DNA from: Opitutales bacterium
Lineage (GTDB): Bacteria > Verrucomicrobiota > Verrucomicrobiia > Opitutales > Oceanipulchritudinaceae
Reading direction: 5' to 3'
DNA length: 24,000 nt
Assembly (NCBI GenBank): GCA_020831525.1
Contig: JAFIGH010000035.1
Span: forward strand, 1 to 24,000
Shown: positions 15,720 to 22,704 of the stretch, one piece after another
How positions within the stretch are numbered: the first letter of the stretch is position 1
Layout: each line of letters begins with the position of its first letter
Notes under the pieces: model-generated
What the model was told of the DNA's origin: nothing
The model's input: the letters and a program-made list of their open reading frames with translations, nothing else
Databases searched by the model: none
Position numbers and translations under genes: made by a program

Positions 15720-17195
15720 TCAACTCCGCTCTCGAAGAAAGGCGTACAACCTTTCGGCAAGCTTCGGGCCGATCCCCTCGACCTCCTGCAACTCGTCCAC
15801 CGAAGCCGCGCGCAGGCGTTTGAGCGTGCGGAAGCGCTCGAGCAGCGCCGCCCGGCGCACCACGCCCAGTCCCTCGAAATCGTCCAGCACCGACTCGCGC
15901 ATACGTTTCCCGCGCAGTTCGGCGTTGAAGGTGTTGGCAAAGCGGTGGGCCTCGTCACGCACGCGCTGTAGCAGCATGCGCGCGGGATTGTGCGCGCCGA
16001 GTTGCAAAGGCGCACGCCCGTCGCAGAAAACAACCGTCTCCTCGCGCTTGGCGAGGCCGACAAGCGACGGCGGCTCCAGTCCCTGCGCGAGAAAGGCCTT
16101 CAACGCCGCGCCCACCTGCCCCGCTCCGCCGTCGACGACGACAAGGTCCGGAAACGCCTTTCCCTCGTCGTTCAAGCGCCGGTAGCGCCGTCCGACAACC
16201 TCCTCCATGGCGCGGAAGTCGTCGTTGCCGACAAAGCTCTTCACCCGGTAGCGCCGGTAGCTCGAGCGGTCCGGCCGCCCTTCAAAAAACGACACCATGG
16301 ACGCCACGCAAAAGGTCCCGGATATATGCGATATGTCGAAACATTCGATACGCCGCGGCAGTACCGGGAGAGCGAGGCGCTCGCGCAACTCCCCGAGCAC
16401 CGGCAGTGTATCGCCGTCGCGCCGCGGTGTGCGCACAAACTTGCGCGTGCGCGCCAATGTCCCGCGCAGCGCGAAGACGATGTCCCGCAAGTCCGCCGCC
16501 TTTTCGAAATTCCGCTCCTCCGCCGCCGCCTGCATCTCCGCCTCCAGTTCGCCCAGCCACTCGCGCGAGCGGCCCTCCAGAAACACGCAGGCCGCCCGCA
16601 CCCGCTCCGCGTAGCTCTCCGCCGTCACCTCGTTGGCGTGTCCGTAGATCTCCGCCCGCGCATCGTCGTAGAGCCGCCACGTGCCGTCTTCCTGCCGGCG
16701 AGGGCTCGCGTCGCCGAGGAGGATGCCGAACCGCACCCGCATCTCGCCCAGCGTCTTGCGCAGCAGCCCCGAGTGCGCGAACGGACCGAAATAGAGCGAC
16801 TGCTCGTTCTGCCGGAACCGCACCAAGCGGAACCGCGGCAGCGGGTTCTCCACATCCACGCGGACGAGCAGAAACCGTTTGTCGTCCGTAAAGTCCGTGT
16901 TGTAGCGGGGCTTCCACTCTTTGATCAGCTTGCCTTCAAGGAGGAGCGCCTCGCTTTCATTGCGCACCTCGATGAAGTCGAAGTCGTGGATGAGACCGAG
17001 CATCGCATTGATCTTAGGCTGCTGCACGGCCTTGCGCCGCGACGACTGGAAATAGGTCGCCACGCGCTTGCGGAGGCTTTTCGCCTTGCCCACATAGAGC
17101 ACGCTGCCGAGGCGGTCCTTCATCAAATAGACCCCCGGCCCCTGTGGCAGCCGCCGGACCTTCGCTTTCAACCCCACTGTGTCTCGAGAACGCAT
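15720..17195 (-). CDS. uvrC: Excinuclease ABC subunit C (compact, 491 aa)
   Basis: GIY-YIG module (GVYLMKDRLGSVLYVGKAKSLRKRVATYF), UVR domain (NFEKAADLRDIVFAL), 3' endonuclease module (IECFDISHISG) and C-terminal HhH (VEGIGPKLAERL). Confidence 0.9.
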   Translation of the reverse strand: MRSRDTVGLKAKVRRLPQGPGVYLMKDRLGSVLYVGKAKSLRKRVATYFQSSRRKAVQQPKINAMLGLIHDFDFIEVRNESEALLLEGKLIKEWKPRYNTDFTDDKRFLLVRVDVENPLPRFRLVRFRQNEQSLYFGPFAHSGLLRKTLGEMRVRFGILLGDASPRRQEDGTWRLYDDARAEIYGHANEVTAESYAERVRAACVFLEGRSREWLGELEAEMQAAAEERNFEKAADLRDIVFALRGTLARTRKFVRTPRRDGDTLPVLGELRERLALPVLPRRIECFDISHISGTFCVASMVSFFEGRPDRSSYRRYRVKSFVGNDDFRAMEEVVGRRYRRLNDEGKAFPDLVVVDGGAGQVGAALKAFLAQGLEPPSLVGLAKREETVVFCDGRAPLQLGAHNPARMLLQRVRDEAHRFANTFNAELRGKRMRESVLDDFEGLGVVRRAALLERFRTLKRLRAASVDELQEVEGIGPKLAERLYAFLRERS

Positions 17196-17280
17196 CGAAA
17201 AGCAAAATCACCCAAGGTAGCCGAACCCGCAGCGGGCGCGAGTCAAAGCGGACGGTCACGTCGCAACACCGCAAAATGCG

Positions 17281-18678
17281 TCATTCCTGCGCCGCCGGCG
17301 CGGACCGGTTCGGCACGGAGCCTGCAATTCCTTGGAATGGATACACCCAGCCAAGACGGAGGATTCCGGTCAGTTCGTCCAGAGCTTGCCGCGACTCCTC
17401 CAGCAGAGCCGGATCAGCGAGGTCGGCGGGCGAAAGCGCCTCGCGGTAGTGCCGCCGCACCCAGTCCTCCAGTTCGTCGAGGAGGATGTTGTCGACAATA
17501 ACGCGCGCGCCGAGCGCCGCAAGATCCTCGCTCCGCAGCACCACCCTGAGCCGCAGGCAAGCCGGACCGCCCCCGTTGCGCATACTCTCGCGCAGATCAA
17601 AGTGCAGCACCTCCCGCAATGGACACTCCGGGTCGGCGACGCAATCGTCCAAAAAGGCCCCCACCGATTCTTCCTGCCCGCATTCGCCGGGAGCGACAAG
17701 CAGGAAGCCGCCGGTGGACAAATCAAGGAGCTGGCTGTTGAAGAGGTAGGTTCGCACAGCCGTCTCCAGAGTCACCCGGCTCTCCGGCACGCAAATAGTG
17801 TGCAGCCCCCCGCCAGTGATCTGCGTGAAGCGACGTTCGACTTCCGCAATCGCCTGTGCGCCGTCGGCGAAGGCACGTTCATGAACAAAAAATGTCCCGA
17901 GGTGCCCTACGCAAATCACATCATTGTGGAACACACCCGCATCGACCGCATCCGGACTCTGCCGGACAAAGAGCACGTGTTCATCCGCGATACCGTGCCG
18001 CCGCGCAACCGCACGCGAGGCCTCCAATGCCTGCCGCGCAGGAAAATGCCGCGGACCATCCTTCCGCCGATCCCCGGTTGACCGCCCGTATGCAAAAAGA
18101 TGCAACGCCGGCCCGGCGTGTGCCTCCGCAAGCCGCGTGTGGTTCGCCGCACCTTCGTCCGCGAGGGCGGCACCACCTGAAAGCGGATCATGCACGCAAA
18201 ACCGTCCCGCGTCACCGAAAATCCGGCGTAAAATAGTCGCAGTGGCCCCCGCTTCAACCGCCCGGTGCGGCATCGCGAACAAATTCGCCGGAGTCAGGTG
18301 GAGCCGCCCGTCCTGCGAATCAGGCGCAGGCGTCACCGTCGCCGCGTTTGCCGTCCACATCGAAGAAGCCGATGAAGCCGCCGCAAGCCACCCCGGTCCA
18401 TGCCGAGAGGCGTCAGCCAAGACCTCCCCGTCACTCCGGCCCCGGAAACCCAAATGCCGCAACCACCACACCGCCGGTCGCTCCTGCGGCGGAAGCACCG
18501 CCTGCGCAAAGCCGCGCTCATGCAGCGCCCGCATCTTCGCCAACCCCTGCAACGCCGCACGCCTCGGCGACGATACAAGACCCCGGTTTACCGAAGAAGC
18601 CACATTTCCACGCGACAAACCGGCGTAGTTGTGAGTCGGGCCCACCAACCCATCAAAATTGACCTCAATGCAGTTCAT
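17281..18678 (-). CDS. astB: N-succinylarginine dihydrolase
   Basis: End-to-end resemblance to my recollection of E. coli AstB. Shared motifs are EVNFDGLVGPTHNYAGLS, DEGAANH, VFHNDVI, TYLFNSQLL, FDLRESMRNGGGPACLRLRVVL and GWVYPFQ. Confidence 0.9.
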   Translation of the reverse strand: MNCIEVNFDGLVGPTHNYAGLSRGNVASSVNRGLVSSPRRAALQGLAKMRALHERGFAQAVLPPQERPAVWWLRHLGFRGRSDGEVLADASRHGPGWLAAASSASSMWTANAATVTPAPDSQDGRLHLTPANLFAMPHRAVEAGATATILRRIFGDAGRFCVHDPLSGGAALADEGAANHTRLAEAHAGPALHLFAYGRSTGDRRKDGPRHFPARQALEASRAVARRHGIADEHVLFVRQSPDAVDAGVFHNDVICVGHLGTFFVHERAFADGAQAIAEVERRFTQITGGGLHTICVPESRVTLETAVRTYLFNSQLLDLSTGGFLLVAPGECGQEESVGAFLDDCVADPECPLREVLHFDLRESMRNGGGPACLRLRVVLRSEDLAALGARVIVDNILLDELEDWVRRHYREALSPADLADPALLEESRQALDELTGILRLGWVYPFQGIAGSVPNRSAPAAQE

Positions 18679-18731
18679 TCAGTCGTATGAAAGACAGCGC
18701 AAAACAAAACCGAATCGCAGGAAAAGACAAC

Positions 18732-18760
18732 TTGATTTTATTAACCCGGTTGATTATTAT
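18732..18760 (+). promoter_or_regulatory. Candidate sigma70-type promoter for the Y1-gene/iaaA unit
   Basis: TTGATT (18732-18737), a 17-nt spacer, then TATTAT (18755-18760). The spacer and -10 element overlap the left arm of the 44-bp palindrome. This is a prediction from consensus only. Confidence 0.3.
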
Positions 18761-18784
18761 TTGCATAATAAAAAACCGGGTTAA
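18741..18784. repeat. 44-bp near-perfect palindrome (18 of 20 arm positions pair) in an AT-rich divergent intergenic region
   Basis: The sequence is TTAACCCGGTT-GA-TTATTAT-TTGC-ATAATAA-AA-AACCGGGTTAA. There is an 11-bp outer stem and a 7-bp inner stem, separated by a 2x2 mismatch, with a 4-nt centre. Confidence 0.8.
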
Positions 18785-18828
18785 AAATTGTTGCAACTTG
18801 AGTGGATTCATGCTCGTATCGTCTTGCT

Positions 18829-19845
18829 ATGAACAAAGAATCCGGACCATGGGCACGACCGCCGCGAAGGATAGTCCACAGCGGGCGGGACGCTGTGTAT
18901 CACATCGTCGCTCGAAGCGCGGGACAGGCGTTTTTATTCGATGAAGCTGAGAAAGAGATGTTCCGGGCGCAGATGCGAGCGACAGCGCTGTTCTGCGGCG
19001 TGGAGATTCTGACGTTTTCCCTATTGGACAACCATGTGCATCTCCTCGTGCGAGTGCCCGCGGAAAAGCCTGAACTCACTGACGGACAGCTACTTGAGCG
19101 CTGTACAGGACTTTACGGCGGCAAGCAGAACAGCCGCCACGCGCTCACGCTGGAGGCAATACGTGATGCGCTTACCGGGGGCGGCGAGGAGCGCGAGCGC
19201 ATGCGCAGAGCCCTGATCGGAAGAATGTGTGATCTCTCAATGTTTGCAAAGCTGCTAAAGCAACGGTTTTCCATTTGGTATAACCGCACGCACGGTCGCC
19301 ACGGCACGCTTTGGTCGGGCCGGTTCACGAGCGTATTAGTTGAAGGCAAGGGCCTGCCGGTGGCCATTGTGGCCGCCTATATCGACCTCAACGCGGTCCG
19401 CGCGGGAATCGTGCAGGATCCCGCGCAATACCAATGGTGCGGCTTTGCAGAAGCATCAAAGGGAGTGAAAGCCGCTCTTGCGGGAATCCGCGTCCTCGGC
19501 GGTTGCGCTTCGCCCGCTGAGGCGCTCGCGCGCTATGCGGTTCTCCTTTACCACCGTGGCGCTGCATCCGGGAAGGGCAAACCCCCTGATTCGCGTGTGC
19601 CGCGGGAAGTCGCCCGCGCTGTGCACGATTACTTTGGATCTCTCGAACCTTTCGCTAACCTACGTCGAAGGCTGCGGCACGCCACTCGCGGCGGGATTCT
19701 CGGCTACGGGGAGTTCATTGAGTCTTGGTTCGCAGAAAACCGCATATACTTCGGCAAACGCCGCTGCGGAGCACGGAGAATCCGCGGCGGTGACTTCGGC
19801 GGTCTACGCAGCTTCCGCGACGTCCGCCCGGACGATTTGAAATGA
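18829..19845 (+). CDS. Y1 HUH (IS200/RayT-like, COG1943-type) transposase-like protein with a C-terminal extension
   Basis: HUH motif in LLDNHVHLLVRVP, followed by SIWYNRTHGRHGTLWSGRFTSVLV and AAYIDLNAVRAGIV. The ATG at 18829 is preferred over the GTG at 18802. The stop overlaps the iaaA ATG (ATGA at 19842-19845). No terminal repeats or second IS end were found. Confidence 0.8.
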   Translation: MNKESGPWARPPRRIVHSGRDAVYHIVARSAGQAFLFDEAEKEMFRAQMRATALFCGVEILTFSLLDNHVHLLVRVPAEKPELTDGQLLERCTGLYGGKQNSRHALTLEAIRDALTGGGEERERMRRALIGRMCDLSMFAKLLKQRFSIWYNRTHGRHGTLWSGRFTSVLVEGKGLPVAIVAAYIDLNAVRAGIVQDPAQYQWCGFAEASKGVKAALAGIRVLGGCASPAEALARYAVLLYHRGAASGKGKPPDSRVPREVARAVHDYFGSLEPFANLRRRLRHATRGGILGYGEFIESWFAENRIYFGKRRCGARRIRGGDFGGLRSFRDVRPDDLK

Positions 19846-20768
19846 AAGCCCCCATGGCCCTTGCCCTGCACGGCGGAGCGGGCGTGCTTACGCGGGCGAA
19901 GCTCAACGCCGGAGCGGAGCGTGAACACCGCGCAGCGCTACGTACCGCCCTCGATCACGGATGGGGCATCCTGCGTGCGGGCGGCAGCGCGCTCGACGCC
20001 ATCGAAGCCGTAACCTGCGACCTCGAAGACTGCCCGCTCTTCAACGCCGGGCGGGGTGCGGTCTACACCTTGGCGGGAACTCATGAGATGGACGCAGCGG
20101 TCATGTGCGGCAGGGACAGCCGGGTCGGCGCGGTGGCGGGCGTCACCGCCGTACGCAATCCGATATCACTGGCGCGGGCGGTCATGGAGCGGTCGGGTGC
20201 GGTGTTGCTTGCCGGACGCGGCGCCGAGGCATTCGCATCGGAGTGCGGGTTTTCGACGGAGCCGCCGGCGTATTTCCACACCGACGCCCGCCGGGAACAG
20301 CTGGAGAGAGCGCGCCGCGCGGGCCGAACGGCTGTGGACCATGACGGAATGGAAGAGAAATACGGCACTGTCGGCGCCGTTGCGCTTGACGCATCGGGCA
20401 ATCTTGCGGCGGCGACATCGACCGGCGGCATAACCAACAAGCGTCCCGGGCGCGTCGGCGACTCACCCGTGCCCGGCGCGGGCACCTATGCCGACAACAA
20501 CACCTGCGCTGTGTCCTGCACCGGCGAAGGCGAGGCCTTCCTGAGGTGCTGCGCGGCACATGAGGTGGCAGCGCGCATGCGCCACGGTGGAGCGGTTCTC
20601 ACAGCGGCGGCGGAGGCCGTCATTCACACTGTCCTGCCCGGCAAAGGTGGTCTCATCGCGGTCGACCGGAGCGGAGCCGTCGCTCTCCCCTTCAATACGG
20701 AAGGCATGTTCCGCGCGTGGCGTTCCACCAAAGAGACCGAAGGCGTCGCGATTTTTCGCGACGCGTAG
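19842..20768 (+). CDS. iaaA: Isoaspartyl peptidase / L-asparaginase (Ntn-hydrolase, plant-type asparaginase family)
   Basis: Contains LALHGGAG, the autoprocessing and nucleophile site GTVGAVALD, TSTGG, GDSPVPGAGTYA and VSCTGEGE. An alternative start is at 19854. Confidence 0.9.
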   Translation: MKAPMALALHGGAGVLTRAKLNAGAEREHRAALRTALDHGWGILRAGGSALDAIEAVTCDLEDCPLFNAGRGAVYTLAGTHEMDAAVMCGRDSRVGAVAGVTAVRNPISLARAVMERSGAVLLAGRGAEAFASECGFSTEPPAYFHTDARREQLERARRAGRTAVDHDGMEEKYGTVGAVALDASGNLAAATSTGGITNKRPGRVGDSPVPGAGTYADNNTCAVSCTGEGEAFLRCCAAHEVAARMRHGGAVLTAAAEAVIHTVLPGKGGLIAVDRSGAVALPFNTEGMFRAWRSTKETEGVAIFRDA

Positions 20769-20784
20769 GCTCCGCCCCGCCACT

Positions 20785-21783
20785 TCAACGCCGGAACGGC
20801 TTGCTCCCGACGAGCGGCGCCATCTCGCGCGATGCCAGCACCGTGCCGTCCTGCAGGGGATAGCCACGCAGAAACTCGGTGGCCGGGAGCATGCGCCCGC
20901 CCGGACGCTGGAACCGGTCGAGGCGCAACGCCCTGCGCCCGCACACCACAACCGGAAGCCCCGCCTCGTCAAACCGCACGGTTCCCGGAGCCGATTCGCC
21001 AAAATCTCCCTGCACCTCCGTCGCCGCACCGATCTTGAGTTCGTGTCCGTCGTGCGGTACCACCGCGCCCGGCCACGGCTGAAAAGCACGTATGCGGCAG
21101 GCGAGCACCCGCGCGGGAGCGTTGAAGTCCAGCCATGCGTCCTCCTTCCGGATAATGCGGCAGTAGGTTGCCTCCGATTCATCCTGTTCCGCAAAGGAAT
21201 GCCCGCCGGACCGCAGACGCTCCACCGCCCTACGCCACAACGGGACACACGCCTGCCCCACCCGCGCCCGGAGGTCCGCCAGTGTGTCCTCCTCCGCAAT
21301 CGGCACCCGCTCGACATCGGCGACGGGTCCGGCATCCATGCGCAGGACCATTTTCATGAGGGTGACGGCCGTCTCGCTCCATCCCTCGGCAAGCGCCGTG
21401 GCGATGGGCGAGGCCCCGCGCAAGCGGGGAAGCGGCGAGGCATGGAAATTCACCGCGCCAAGCGGCGGCAGGTCGAGGAGCGAACGTTTGAGCAATTGAC
21501 CATAGGCCATGACGACGACGAGGTCGACGGCCTGCTCCGCGAGCCATGCCTCGTCGTCCGCCCCGCAGCGCCCCGGTTGCCGCACCGGTAAATCCGCTTC
21601 CAGCGCCCATTCCTTCACCGCGTTCATGTGCAACCGCATACCCCGGCCGGAGCGCCGGTCGGGCTGCGTGAAGACACCGACCCACTCCACCGCGTCCGCG
21701 TGTGTCTCCCGGCTGTCACGCAGGAAGGGCAGCGCGATAGCGTCCGACCCCATGAAGACCGCGCGTATGCGTTTGCCGCCCAT
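20785..21783 (-). CDS. fmt: Methionyl-tRNA formyltransferase
   Basis: Contains RAVFMGSDAIALPFL, VVVMAYGQLL, NFHASPLPRLRGASPI and a C-terminal Fmt domain. Confidence 0.93.
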   Translation of the reverse strand: MGGKRIRAVFMGSDAIALPFLRDSRETHADAVEWVGVFTQPDRRSGRGMRLHMNAVKEWALEADLPVRQPGRCGADDEAWLAEQAVDLVVVMAYGQLLKRSLLDLPPLGAVNFHASPLPRLRGASPIATALAEGWSETAVTLMKMVLRMDAGPVADVERVPIAEEDTLADLRARVGQACVPLWRRAVERLRSGGHSFAEQDESEATYCRIIRKEDAWLDFNAPARVLACRIRAFQPWPGAVVPHDGHELKIGAATEVQGDFGESAPGTVRFDEAGLPVVVCGRRALRLDRFQRPGGRMLPATEFLRGYPLQDGTVLASREMAPLVGSKPFRR

Positions 21784-21789
21784 ACCGTC

Positions 21790-22704
21790 TTACCCCCGGA
21801 TGTCCCGGCGCCACGCTTCGACAGCCGGCACAAGGGATTCCGTGTACGCTTTGTCCGTATCAAATTTCTGGATACTCCCGAGCACGCCCCAGAACTCCAC
21901 ATGCTCCGCGGTTTCACCGGGCGCGACCTTCCGCAGCGGCGAAAGCGTCTCCAGCTCGATCATCCAGTCACAGTGGAACGTCTCGAAGGCGCATCCAAAA
22001 TCCGGATACCGCGCACCCGATTCGACGGCGGCGGCGAGGACAAACGTACCCGCTTCCTGCCAGTAGGCCGACCAGCCGGGATAATTGCTGAGCCCGAGCT
22101 TTTGCGGGATCCGCGACTTCGACACGTCGATGCCGATGAAGTCCCGGTGCCATTGCCATGCGGCCTCGGAAAAGTCGGTGTAGGTCCACGGCACCATGTG
22201 GTATTTCGGCAACAGGTTGCCCTCGTGCGACTCCTTCGGCAGAAGCGGGATCGCGGCATAGCCGCCGTGGCGCATGACGCTCAGCGCCCACACGGAAAAC
22301 TCCACCGGCCAGAGGCCCTCGTTCGAGATCCGGTGCGCGACCTTGAACGTGCGCGCATTCACGGCTTCGATACGGATTTCCTTGCGCATCCCGGTATCCG
22401 CCTCGACCGGCTGGCGGATGACAAGCCGGTTGCCAGCGGCTTCAATATCGACCGGGCTGTTGTCGAGCGCATAGGTGCGCTTAGTATCCTCGGGCGAATG
22501 CCAGAGCCGGTGCCCGCCGCGGATGCACCAGTGCGCTTCGCCCCGGCCCCCGGCTTCGTCCTTCTTTTCCGCAAAGAGGTTTGCGCCGTCCTTGAGGCCG
22601 CAGCGTACAACACGGGGACCGATGTTCTTCGGGACGACAAGCTCCGCCTCTTCCGTGGCGAGACGCACGCAGTCCCATCCGTTGAATACAGTGTCTTCGA
22701 TCAT
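21790..22704 (-). CDS. Uncharacterised cytoplasmic protein (305 aa), family not assigned
   Basis: The ATG at 22704 overlaps the der stop (ATGA). The stop at 21790 lies 6 nt before the fmt start. There is no signal peptide. The beta-rich sequence (IRGGHRLWHSPE, YALDNSPV, YHMVPWTYTDF) might be galactose-mutarotase-like, but that is a guess. The ORF extension to 23070 lies in another frame of der and is discounted. Confidence 0.6.
   Translation of the reverse strand: MIEDTVFNGWDCVRLATEEAELVVPKNIGPRVVRCGLKDGANLFAEKKDEAGGRGEAHWCIRGGHRLWHSPEDTKRTYALDNSPVDIEAAGNRLVIRQPVEADTGMRKEIRIEAVNARTFKVAHRISNEGLWPVEFSVWALSVMRHGGYAAIPLLPKESHEGNLLPKYHMVPWTYTDFSEAAWQWHRDFIGIDVSKSRIPQKLGLSNYPGWSAYWQEAGTFVLAAAVESGARYPDFGCAFETFHCDWMIELETLSPLRKVAPGETAEHVEFWGVLGSIQKFDTDKAYTESLVPAVEAWRRDIRG

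Noticed and set aside
15720-17195. UvrC is about 100 aa shorter than the usual ~600 aa
   Set aside because: All four modules are present and in order (GIY-YIG, UVR, endonuclease, HhH). The shortening appears to be in the linkers and in having a single HhH, so I do not read it as truncation or a pseudogene.
15990-17501. 503-aa plus-strand ORF antisense to uvrC. The same applies to 5369..6292, 6440..7186, 10200..11021, 13367..14281, 17332..18081, 20560..21591, 21628..22722 and 12072..12866.
   Set aside because: All are antisense or off-frame to genes with strong family motifs. All have the Arg/Glu/Asp/Pro-rich composition expected of high-G+C shadow ORFs.
20769-20784. Only 16 bp between the convergent iaaA and fmt stop codons
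   Set aside because: No hairpin fits in the gap, so termination must occur inside the opposing genes or be Rho-dependent. This is unusual packing but is not evidence of a feature.
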